The position numbers were made by a program, and so were the translations under genes. From Octopus bimaculoides (Eukaryota), in contig NC_068984.1 in the NCBI RefSeq assembly GCF_001194135.2, positions 18,858,340-18,922,339 of the forward strand: DNA of 64,000 bases. Reading direction: 5' to 3'. Within the stretch, counting starts at the first letter, position 1. Each line of letters begins with the position of its first letter. Positions 52,332 through 64,000 of this stretch are shown one piece after another. The notes beneath the pieces were generated by a model. It did not search any database. It was not told the origin of the DNA and was given only the letters and a program-made list of their open reading frames with translations.

Positions 52332-54451
52332 GGTATTCACATTGACATTACACATCCAACGGAGCATACTGGCTTCATTCCTTGCGAGCTTACGTATGTC
52401 CTCAGCAGTTACAGCCCATGTTTCACTGCCATGTAGCATGGTTGTTCGTACGCATGCGTCATACAGTCTGCCTTTTACTCTGAGTGAGAGTCCCTTTGTC
52501 GCCAGCAGGGGTAAGAGCTCTCTAAACTTTGCCCAGGCTATTCTTATTCTAGCAGCTATATATATATATATATATATAATGTGTGTGTGTGTGTAATGTG
52601 TAACCATTTTACATCTACTTTCCATTTGCTGAATAAGTCATCATAACCTGAGTCTTTATTTGAAGTTAATGGCTTTCTAGAGTGAGTCAGGGACCATGTT
52701 TCACCGGTGCATCTCATTCTGGTATGAATTCTACTGCTGGATGCTCTTCCTAATGCCAACAACTTAACACATTTTACTATGTATATTTTATTGGGATACT
52801 GGTAGTACTAGTGAGGTTGACTTTGGTCCTGCAAGACAAAGAATCCTCACTCCTCAATGATGTCAATGTTAATTCAAGGTAACATGACAACAAGAGAAGA
52901 TGATGACAGGGAAACTGGAACGAGAGAGTGAAAAGGAGAGAGTATGGTGTGACAAAAGTGTAATAAAATAGAGAGTAATCAAAGAGAGTCAGTGGTGGCT
53001 GCTGCATGTTGTTTGAATAGAAACACAGGATGGGTGCTGTGACAGTGAAAGGAAACAGATAATTTTATAAGAGAGGAAGTAAAGTGATGGAAGGAGAAAG
53101 TTTAATGTATGTCAACAAGGAAGTAGTGAGGACATAGTACAAGAGAAAGAGGGTAATAAAAATGACTGGGGGAGAGAGAGAGGGTTGTGGAGTTGGGTGA
53201 GTGTAAAAGAGGGCAAGGCACCTAGTGGTGAGAGTGATGGGTAGCTGTACAGAAGATTTTTGCTGGTGGTATTGAATACAGATATATCTGAAATGTCATC
53301 CCTCATTTCACAGGCAGTATGGTACAGTGCGGATGAGTGGTAGCTGAGAAGAGAAAAAGAGAGGTAGGACAATAAATGGGGATGTAATGAGAGAGGGACC
53401 CAACTGTTGGTAATATTGCATACACACTCACACACATATACATGCAACTGTCAATTCTTTGGGGGTTTTTTTTATGGAGTTTCAGTTACTGGGCTGTGGT
53501 CATGCTAGGAGTGTGCCTTTCAACATTTTAGAAGTACTAAGCCCGGTTCACATTTTATCAGTCTCTTTAAAATGATTGAATTACTCTTGTTTCTCTCCAG
53601 ATATTTATACCTATATACACAAACACAGTCAGTTGGTGTAAAAAATAATTATATTAGTATTTATTGATACCACTCAGGATTGAAACCTAGAACTAAGTGG
53701 TTGCAAAGCAAATCTCTTATCTACCCAGTCACAACTGTGCCATTTAGCAATAAAAGTATTTTGATGGGAAAATATTAAAAAAAAAAATCTTCCATGTAAA
53801 TTTTAGTCTTTTAGAAAAAAAAAAAAATTGTCTTCATTTCTCTTTTTAATCACTAGGGAAAAAACTTTGACATTTTCATAGAAAGATCTATAATGACTTA
53901 AGAATATTTCACTAAATGTTTAAAGAGTTTGTGTTAATAGGAAGATGGTTGAGAAACTGTCGTTAAGAGTGTGGCAATTAAAAGGCTCTGGAGAAAATAT
54001 TTAGTGGTGTGTGTGATAAAAACTGTTTAATGGTGGTGAAGTTATGCAGAAAATATTTTTAATATTTTATTATCATAAATATAGCAAAATGATCTCAGTG
54101 CACAATGTGATATCATTATTATACCTATTACTATACCGAGTGTGCTATCTAAGCGTTATGTAGCTGTTTGTTTAATGTTTCTCCCATCTAGGATAGTTTG
54201 AATGAGAGACTGATTTGAGGTGGCATTTGAATGGTCTAATGCCCTTCCTGCCCAAATGCTTACTTTGCTCTTTTCTTTCATGTGTAGGCACAGGCATGGT
54301 TGTGTGGTTAAGAAGCTTCCTTTGCAACTGCAAGGTTTTGGGTTCAGTCCCACTGTGCAGCACCTTAAGCAAATCTTTGTTATGCTAGCCCCAGGCTAAC
54401 CAATACCTTGTGAGTGAAATTTGGTTGATGGAAAACTGTGAACAATCCCAC

Positions 54452-54498
<47 letters not shown>

Positions 54499-54689
54499 NN
54501 NNNNNNNNNNNNNNNNNNNNNNNNNNNNNNNNNNNNNNNNNNNNNNNNNNNNNNNNNNNNNNNNNNNNNNNNNNNNNNNNNNNNNNNNNNNNNNNNNNNN
54601 NNNNNNNNNNNNNNNNNNNNNNNNNNNNNNNNNNNNNNNNNNATATATTTACCAAAATTACATAAAAATATCTTGAAATACTAAAGAGT

Positions 54690-55377
54690 AAATTTATTCA
54701 ATAAATCGTCATTGGTTTCAACTATGGCCTCCTGAGAACTTCAGAATCTCCTGCAATTCTTCTGGACAGTCTCCTTGTTTAAGTTGATAAATGCCGCCAT
54801 AATCCTTGCCTTCGGTTCATCTTTGGTGTTACAAAGAATTTTGTTGACCCACACATAATAATCAAGTGGGGTTGTAGTCTGGGGAGTTAGGTGGCCAGAT
54901 GTTAGGGTTGATGTGGTTGCAGAAATTGTCTGACAGCCATGACTGGGTTCTCCTGCTTGTGTGGCATGATGCAGAGTCCTGTTGCCAGACAATAGGGTTT
55001 TCCAGGTACTCGATGTAGGCCTCCATATTGACTCTGAAGCTGTATAGGAAGATGAATGGAGGCATAACATCGCCATCACTAGTGATCACTCCAAACACCA
55101 TGATGTTGATTGGATGTTTGATTTTTATCACTCTTGGTACATATCCTCAGATTGACACTCATACACTCTGAAATGTGCGTATTGGAGCTTCCAGTACGGA
55201 TGCCAATCAGTACAGCATGTCATTTCCAAATTTCTGGCAGAGTGAAATGCATCATGCTGTTGTTTTTCTCACAGATGGTGCCCAACTGACCCTCCTATAC
55301 TGTGTAGATGACAAAATTAAAAACAAGCAATGCATATGCACGAAATTAAAAATATAAAATGGCAACTATTTACCCTG
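54690..55377 (-). mobile_element. DD37D (maT) transposon relic
   Basis: VFGVITSDGDVMPP...WQQDSASCH...WPPNSPDYNP/LDYYVW with 37 residues between the 2nd and 3rd Asp across a frameshift; terminus TA-CAGGGT. Confidence 0.85.
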
Positions 55378-55539
55378 TATGTATATATATGTACTGTGTG
55401 TGTGTATGTGTGTATATATGTATGTGTATATGTATATATGTGTGTATGTAAAGCACTCATGGTGGTGCCACATAAAAGCGCCCATGTGGTACCATGTAAA
55501 AACACCTGACTCAAATACTTGCAAAAGTTTACTTACTTC

Positions 55540-55895
55540 AGCCCTTTACTGCTTATAGGACATAGGCCATTGACAACTTTTCTCCACTGTTCTCAATCCT
55601 TGCTCTTTCTTGCTGCACCACATCTTATATTTTCTGGAGAGAAGGCCTTCTTCTCTTATGTCTTGCTGGTTTTGAATTGTTAGCATTGTAATTTTGTTTT
55701 GCTTTGCATTTTTTTCCCCTAGATATGAGTGTTGACCCTGTACACACCATTTTTTACCTCTAGGAAGAGATAGTCCACATTAAGTCTGACCTTTATTTCT
55801 TTGGCCAGCATGGGAGGCTCTGCCAGGAGCTTGCACTCTGCTAGCATAGCTCTCAGGGTCACTGGATCACACAAATCACTTCATTAGAACAAGGA
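55540..55895 (-). mobile_element. RTE/Expander-like 5' region relic
   Basis: Minus strand ccttgt...gtgtgatccagtgaccctgagagctatgc...gctcctggcagagcctcccatgct resembles RTE 5' ends as recalled. Confidence 0.5.
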
Positions 55896-58800
55896 CTGGA
55901 TTTTTTGGTGGTTGTAACAGAGTAAAGGCATCCAAGGGTCAAGTATTGTTCAACCAAGCAACAAAATCTGGCAATTTCTGCCAGGCATTTCTCTTCACCG
56001 GCATTAAAATATCAAGGTCCTTTATACAATGTAATGGTGCCTATTTTAAAAATACCAATATAATTGTTGTTTTACTCTTCATCAGCCACAATTGATTCAA
56101 CCTATATTTTAGGGAAGTATAGGACTATAGTATCTGATGTGTCCTTTCCTCATTTAAAATGCTAAGGCATAATTTTTAGCAGCTCAAGCAGCTACATAGA
56201 GGCTTCCTTGTTGGCTTGATACTAATATAGTTTGAGTAGCTGTAAAATACACAAGGTTATCTTAATATTTGCAGCTTTACATGCATTCAAAAGGTTACTG
56301 ATAACGTTTTTTTCTATCTGTAGGTTATATTTGCATATGCAGAGCATTAATAATTAAAGAGAACATCGTTAGTGAGCATGAAAGATAAATGCTGAAAACT
56401 AAAACCATTGTACACAGGATTAGTGAATGTGAGGATATTTTGTTGAAGTCTGGAAATGAATCAATATTTTCTACACAGAAAGTGCAAATAGTATTCACCC
56501 AACACCTGTTGTGTAAAGCAAAAATTATTTTGAATGCTATTGCCAGTGTTATTTAGCTCCATGTCAGCTTTTATTGAGCAGACTTATGATCAAAGGCTGT
56601 TCTAGCTGTGACATCCATGTCTTTTTTGGAGACTTTGTATCTAGAACTACATTGTACCATGTCTTTCTTTCTTTTTGTTTTTTAATGGTAGTGGTTATTT
56701 AAGGGGTATTTGGTTGCTATTTTGAGTTGGTCAAGCAACTGGATGGAGGCTTTCTCCTCTCCTACTCTCTCTTCATAGAGTGTATCTTGGACAACATTAT
56801 CCAATGCGTCTTGCCCTTCTCTAAAATGATAAGAATAGGTTGAGAATGGTTTAACTGCTATTTCTGGCAATTCAAGCAATTGTTATAAAATCTTCCTTAA
56901 CTATAACTTTAATTTTTATGCTCTACAGCGATGTTGACTCTTCAATACATGAAGCTGTTCCTGAAATAAAACAAACTCCCTGTATTAATCAGTGCTGGTG
57001 TTAGAATTTAGAGTGGTTAAAGCTTCATCACCATCAGTTCACTTTTCCTTGCTGGCATCAGCTGGATGATTTTTCTGAGGTTTTTTGGCCCAATGCCCTT
57101 CCTGTCACCAAACCTTCTTAATCATATCTTATGACATATAGGGACATAGTGTACCTATTTAAAAAAAGTGTGGGGGGATCCTCATTGTAACAGTGATTAA
57201 AATTTCATTATCATTTTACATCTCTTTTCCATGCTGGTATAGGTTGGGCATTTTGATAGGATCCAATGTGCTACAGGACTGTGTCAAGCTCCAATGTCAG
57301 CTTTGGCTTGATTTCTACAGCTAGATGCCCTTGCTGCTAACCAATTGACAGTGCGTACTGTTTTTTTTTTTTTCATGCCATCAACACTAGTGAGGTTACC
57401 AAGTAACTTGATGATAAGAAAAGGGAAAAAAAAGCTCTCTTGACTGAGTGTTTTGGGGTGTAAATGAGAGAGAGGGAGGTAACCTTATGCCAGCTGCTGA
57501 GAGGCTAGAGTATGATAGAAAGGTGGATGGAAGTAACTACAGAAGAAAATAAGTAAACTTTTCCCCAGTTGGTTTTGAAAAAGTGTTTTTTTTCTATATG
57601 TTAACCTTTCTACATTTTATTGTGACCTTAGCTCTAGAGATATTATCTCATCTCCAGCAAGACTGAAGAATCAGCTCTGCCCTGCATTGTCTCTATTCAT
57701 CTATCCACTGGCCCTAGTAATGCTGTCTCTCATTCCCTCCTTGTTCCCCAGTAAGACTAACGAAAGTCTTCTCTTCCCTGTGTAGTCTATAGATAGAAAT
57801 TGTTTGGAGACTGCTTATTGATTAGATTAGAAATATCATTTATTGTTTACAGGGAAAGCATGTTGCAAGTTTCATCAGATAAGTGTCATGAAGTGAAATT
57901 GGATGATTGCTTATAAAAACACAAAATGAAATGAGCTGAGTCAGTTCAAAGTTCAACAGAAAGCATTATTGTCCTTACTATCCCCATTATCATCCTAAAT
58001 GATTTGATATATGTTTGCTTTTGTTTTTGCTTTTTGTTAGCATAGTGTGCAATTTTATACAATGCAACTTAGGTGTCTTATTTCTCATGAGGTTTAATCT
58101 GCTCCAGTTGAAAAAAACAATACAGTATGACTAATAGATGTAAACATTAAAATGTGGACAACAATTACAAGATAGTAATTTACAATTTGTTCATTTTTAT
58201 GGCTGAGCATCAGAACTTGTAAATATTGACAGTGTTGTAAGGAACCTTTTCTTGTATATTAGACAAGAGGTTTAAACTTATTTTGGTTTTTAAATAGTCA
58301 TTAATCAAATGCAATGGATTGCATTACAATAAGTAAATGTTATGTACTATTTAGTGACACATTTTTTCATTTTAGGTTCAATTCCTGTTGGAGTTGAATG
58401 TGTCTTTTACCCATCCATCATCATCATACATCTGTTTTCCATGCCCTGCATGAGTTGAACAGCTTGACAGGAATTGGCAAACCAGAGGCTGCACCAGGTT
58501 CTATAGTTCGTTTTCGCTTGGTTTCTACAGCTGGATGCCCTTCATGATGCCAACCACTTTACAGTGTGTACTGAGTGCTTTTTACATGGCAATATCCTAA
58601 TTTTTATTCAACCAAATATGTATCGTCATCAAAGTCCACGTTCTTATGCTTGCATGGATTGGATAAATTTCACCGTGTCAGATTTTCTCTGGCTTGGTGC
58701 CCTTCTTGTTGCCAATCCTCACCTGTTTACAAGCAAGAAAAAATTTCCCTATGACTTGTGTTTTCATTGAAAATTGGGAATATATGGCACTGCTTATCAA

Positions 58801-60989
58801 GAACACACACACAATGGACTTCCATTTATCAAATTCGTTTACAAGGCTTTAGTTGGCTACAGAAGAAGACACTTGCCCAAGGTGCTATGCAGTGAGGCTC
58901 AACCCAAAACCACATGGTTGGATAGTGAACTTCTTAATTACATAGCCATAGCTGCACATTTTCTAGAAATATCTAACCTTGTACTAATGTTAAGAAATAT
59001 CTAACCCTTGGTGGTACATACTTACTGTATCTTAAGTGCAGTGCTGCTTTGTGAGTTTGTTTCATCATTTCTTGAATAACTTCTGTGGGTAAATTTGTTG
59101 ATTGGAAATGACAACAAACATCACGGTTTGCAGCTCAACTACTAACACTGATGTCACTATTTGTGGCTGAGCTGCAAACTGTATCATCACTGTTTGTAGC
59201 CGTAACTCAGTGCAGTTTGTAAATATTCGCCTGCACGCATGCGCGCACACACACACACATGCACGCACGCTAAAGATGGACATCTAATCTTCAAAAACCT
59301 TGTTGAGACAAAACACAAAATCTCTGCTTTTATGAAACTGACAAAGTAGAATTGATAGAAAATCTCTTTTTAAAATTCCTTGTTAACTTGGAGATTGAAG
59401 TGTCTTTTCAGATGTTAATGGTTTGCTATGTTTACATCTTTTATCTTTTACTCGTTTCAGTCATTAGGCTGTAGCCATGCTGGAGCCACCACTTGGACAT
59501 GTTTAGTCAAATAAATCAACTCAGTTCTTATTTTTCTTTTGAGGTCAATTGGTCTCTACCAAACCATTTAGTTATGAGGATGGAAACAAACTAACAGTGA
59601 CTGTCAAGTGATGGTGGTGGTGGTGGTGGTGGTGGTAAGGTGTGTATGTGTGGGTGTGTGTGACAAAGACACACACACACTTTCACAGTTTCATCATCAT
59701 CATCACCATCATTATTAATTAACATCTGTGTTCCATGGGTGGGATGGTACCACAAAAGCTGACCAGGCCAAAGCCTGCACCAGACTTCTGTCACTGTTTT
59801 GGCAGGATTTTTACAGCTGGATGCCCTTCCTATTACCAACCATTCAGCAGAGTGGACTTATTGCTTTTTATGTGGCACAAGCACAGGCGAGGTGAGTAGT
59901 GCTTTTTATGTGGCACTAAATTCATTCACAAGGCATTGGTCAGTCTGGGACTAATAGCTGACAATTGCTCAAGTTGCTGTATAGTGGGACTGAACCCCAA
60001 ACTATTTGGCTGCAAAGTGTGCTTCTTGACAACACAGCCAAACCTTTGTACATGCTGTAATATAGTCATTGTTATGCTAAATAATGGCTATAACAGTAAT
60101 AACTTGATACATTTGTCACATAACACTGACGATCCAATAATTTACATATCCTAACATTCTATCAGCCACACTATAATTCATCAATTTATGTTAATTAACT
60201 GGAGGTTGTTTATATAAAAAGCTTAATTCATCAAAGTTGTTGGAGTACTGGAATATTTCCAAATACATCTTGAATGTTTTTAAGGGTAAAAAAATTTTTT
60301 TGTCTTTGCTTGGTAATCTCCTGCATCAGTATATTTAATCAAACTTATTATTTTTACCTCACCTTGACTCAGCTGTTAAGATATGTCTCAACTTGTTAAT
60401 ATGTATTGACCATAATGTTATATAGAAAGAAATTTGATATTTAAATTGGCTGGTTGTGAAAGGATTTATAAATCGCTTCACTGAGACGACTGAAAATAAT
60501 GTGTGTCAAGTAGAGTTGGTAGAGACTGTATAATCTCAGTATAATTAATGTGTGATGGACAATGAATTTGTACACTAGGTGTGTTGCTTGTAGTGGAAAT
60601 TTCACTAGATCATTGTCATAGATGTCATTGAGAAGTAGGCCTTGCAGATCCATGTTAGGATCAGGTGAACTAACCCACCCTTATGTCCCTCACCCTCACA
60701 CATATTCATGACAATAGCTTCCAATAAGCCCTTGGCATTCTGGGATCGCTGACATGTACCCCCTTGACAATACCCCTGATGTGGGGGTGGGAGCATCAGA
60801 TAAGGAGAACTTGGACATCACATATTGTTGCAGGAGAGGGCTGTTCAGATGATTGTGAAAATTAACAGCCATTCACTCTTAAATCATCAGAGTTATGTAG
60901 AGAAAGCTGAGTCTTGTATCAACATGTATTGTCCCATGTGAGTCACCTCCTTCATTAAGGGTTTTCACCAATCATGTCTAGAGCACAGT

Positions 60990-61600
60990 GCAGCCAGAGA
61001 CATTGATCCTGCTGCCAGCATGAAGTAAAATAGCATGGCATTGTCCTAATTGTTCTTGAACCTCAGGACTATCAGAGACAATGGGGACATGGTGTGGATC
61101 ACTGCAAGCACCTCCATAGGTCTCTCAGTCTCTCTTCTAGTTCACCTAGTCTTTGTTGATATGCTTCTTGTCAGTAAAGATGAGTTTCTCAGGGTGTTAG
61201 TGTGTTCAGCAAACACTTCAGCTAGATCACATAGTTCTCTCAAGCCTATGAATTGTTTATGAACTGTGATACATTCATCAGATAGGGTTTATATCTGATA
61301 TCCTCATGCACCACATATCTAACAGTGGACTCCACCACCATAAGCTGTTTGGTAATAGCCCTTATTGACCTGCTCAAGTCATTGAGAATGTCTTATCTTA
61401 ACCTGCTGGATTCTGGCTATGTTGATGACATCTGACTGCAGAGAATGTTCCTGTCTCTTGACCAGAGATTAATATCTGCCAGACGTCTTCTGTTTTTTCC
61501 CTATTCTAAACACAAAGGACAGGTCATGTTCAAGAAGCTGGCAATCTCCAACTCACTATGATCGGTAGTTAGAAGCATGGGTATGATGTGGCATTTGTTT
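60990..61600 (-). mobile_element. maT transposase N-terminal relic
   Basis: DHSELEIASFL...RAITKQLMVVESTVRYVVHEDIRYKPYLM; heavily decayed. Confidence 0.6.
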
Positions 61601-61904
61601 TTCATGTCATATTTGAATCTGAAAGTGAAATAAGAATGTTAAAATTTGGCACATTCCATGTCACATTACATTAGGTCATCTCCAGCTCTGCTAAAGTTGT
61701 GTCCATAAATACTTAGTGCACAGGTTACATTCCAAAAACCCTTGCAATAGGTGAAAATCCATGAAGTAGAAATAGTAATGTACTGTATATTTTTTTATTA
61801 TTTTTTATAATTTGCATATATTTATTTTATTATAAATGCAAAACAACACCACGGAGAAATCAACGTAAGCTTAAATAATAATCTGTGATATGGCAAGAGA
61901 TTAC

Positions 61905-61979
<75 letters not shown>

Positions 61980-62066
61980 AGAATTAACAAAAAAAGCAAA
62001 AGACGAAGACAGGTGGTGTAGACAACAAACAGATTTATTAGTTTAACGTTCGGGAAGTGAAAAAGT

Positions 62067-62103
62067 CTTTAAACGTTTTGAGCCTATGCTCTTCCACAGA
62101 AAG
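62067..62103 (-). pseudogene. Degenerate minimal hammerhead-like core
   Basis: Minus strand reads CTTT-CTGTGGA-A-GAGC ATAG GCTC-AAAA-CGTTT-AAAG; the core is mutated. Confidence 0.4.
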
Positions 62104-62289
62104 GAACACAGAAAGAAACAAGGAGAGAAAAAAAGAATGTGTAGTGGCTAGCGATCTATCATAGACAGACAGACATACATAAAGTAAACACAAAAAGTAT
62201 CTTTGAGATAATAATTGGAGGAATTAGGAGGCCAAAAATTGGGGCTGTTGAAGGCACAGAAATTCTCCAACAATCACTTTCCAGGGATT

Positions 62290-62520
62290 CGGCAAGGAGC
62301 CTGAATCTTACTGCCACACATGTAGCCTTCCAGCAGTAACATCCCCCAGCCAGGGATTGCCTACAGTCTCCAGCAGCTTCCTGCAGCCATCTGAATTGGT
62401 CCTAAGGCCCTGTTCAAAGATGTGGGGAAGAATTCTGGAGACAGTCAGAATACCTGCTATGTCCTTCCTGCTGGCCACAACTTTGTAGTCTCCATTGCAC
62501 ATCTTACAGCCTTTACAGTG
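62290..62520 (-). mobile_element. maT transposase fragment
   Basis: LPHIFEQGLRTNSDGCRKLLETVGNPWL...AGRLHVWQ. Confidence 0.65.
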
Positions 62521-62802
62521 TCCAAAGAGTATTGAACAACAGTCATGATAATTTTCCCCAGCTGATACCATCATTGGGATCAGGAAATTTTTTCCAATAT
62601 TCAGATGGTGTGTGCGCACACACACACATATAGGTGTGTATGTATTAATGTTTTATCTATCAAATAATTTTTATTTCATTATTCTTTTCTCAGGGTCACT
62701 AATTAAAATTTAATTTTTTAGCAAGAAACAAAGCACAGCCTTGCTAAAATAATTAACATTGTTCTTTATTTCTTCTCTTCTATTCTGATTTCATAACTGC
62801 AG

Positions 62803-62934
62803 AAACAAAATCAACACCCACCAGTAAGAAAGTCGACTTCGCTGACTGGAAAGAAACTTCACCAGAACCTTTCGACAAGCTGGAGTAGACATGACTATAC
62901 AGAAAGCAGTTTAGCAAATGGAAATCAGACTGGA
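62803..62934 (+). CDS. Exon KQNQHPPVRKSTSLTGKKLHQNLSTSWSRHDYTESSLANGNQTG
   Basis: Pyrimidine tract + ctgcag| acceptor, GGA|gtaatt donor, 132 nt, phase 0/0. It could instead read on a few codons to TGA. Confidence 0.55.
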
Positions 62935-64000
62935 GTAATTAATGCTTACTGATATTTTTAATCTTTACTTCTGTTCCATCCTTATACAGAGATAACACCC
63001 TGCTTTGTAGGAGATGTTTTAGACTACTTACTTCCAAATTTTATTTTTCTTCTCTGACAAAAAACATAGAAAAGAGCAGTCTTTACTAAACCCCAAAGAA
63101 TACGAACATTCCTCTTTAGATACGATTGGCAATGGGGTAAATTCTACTGACAAAACCCAATGAGGCTGAAATGCATGTCTAGCATTCTCACTGCCACAGC
63201 TGGATGATTTTTATCTGCTACTGATAACATTTGTGTTTTAAAATATAGTATGTCCATGAGATGTTTTATCTCCAGATGAATACTGCTGCTAATTTGCTTT
63301 TATACAGTGTATTTGCATTGAGTATGATACATAGTTGGCTATTTTAATCTAATACTACTTCCATTTACTTTTCTTTCTTTTACTTGTTTCAGTCATTTGA
63401 CTGCAGCCATACTGGGGCACCACCTTCAGTCGAGTAACTCGACCCCAGAGCTTATTCTTTGTAAGCCTAGTACTTATTCTATTGGTCTCTTTTGTCGAAC
63501 TGCTAAGTTACAGGGACGTAAACACACCAGCATTGGTTGTCAAGTGATGTTGGCGGGACAAACACAGACACACACACATACATATATATATATATACGAC
63601 GGGCTTCTTTCAGTTTCCGTCTACCAAATCTACTCAGAAGGCTTTAGTCGGCCCGAGGCTATAGTAGAAGACACTTGCCCAAGGTGCCACGCAGTGGCGT
63701 GCACAATAGATTTTTTTCATTTGGCTGGGCAGGCTTACCTTGAGAGAAAATTATGGCTCTTTCATGATAGGGGGCTGTTAAGTTGTCATTTGGATGAATA
63801 GACCATTGCATTCGGAATAGTTTAGATGAGCGATAAAGTAAAATAAAATGCTACACAAGCTGATGAACTGACAATTTGGTGATTGCATAAATTTCAAGAT
63901 GTGTAAAAAATAACACACACACACACACAATCATCATCTTCCTTTGACGTCCATTTTCCATGCTAATATGGGTTGGACAGCTTGATACGATCTAACAAGC

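Noticed and set aside
52332-52557. Second copy of the RTE segment at 50312-50540
   Set aside because: It appears identical and abuts a gap, so it is most likely an assembly duplication.
7075-54676. Long ORFs in the track made of X, or of VCVC/HTHT/YIYI/poly-D/H/M runs
   Set aside because: They are translations of N-gaps and microsatellites, not genes.
56320-58420. Several AG acceptors (56323, 56928, 57853, 58376) as extra exons
   Set aside because: Frames close early or phases and donors do not fit the 49362-62803 chain.
59226-59270. GCATGCGCGC NRF1-like motif
   Set aside because: It is embedded in a CA/CG microsatellite variant.
1-64000. CRISPR arrays, rRNA, bona fide tRNA genes
   Set aside because: Eukaryotic sequence; tRNA-like segments are SINE heads, and no regularly spaced repeat-spacer array was seen.

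Overview
Eukaryotic, AT-rich scaffold with many microsatellites and repeats and several N-gaps. The SINE/RTE repertoire resembles an octopus (coleoid cephalopod) genome; this is inferred from memory of the repeat families, not from a search. Almost all ORFs in the supplied track are microsatellite or transposon artefacts. The real coding content is a chain of small + strand exons from about 15.2 to 62.9 kb with mutually consistent splice phases. They encode a WD40 repeat resembling the WDR87/WDR97 family, followed by a long low-complexity C-terminal region. Neither gene end is clearly inside the window. The introns hold R4/Dong-like, RTE and CRE-like LINE fragments, tRNA-derived SINEs, hAT and Tc1/mariner MITEs, DD37D (maT) transposase relics and two solo-LTR/promoter-like islands. 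The most notable unexplained structure is a set of hammerhead ribozyme (HHR) motifs in at least three sequence families: (1) a near-complete type I HHR at 24960-25023; (2) a 219-bp palindrome built from two inverted HHRs at 10548-10766; (3) a 378-bp fold-back element with a minimal HHR at its apex at 41899-42276; (4) three minimal Penelope-type cores. Every copy with an intact catalytic core is antisense to the host gene, and both sense copies are broken.
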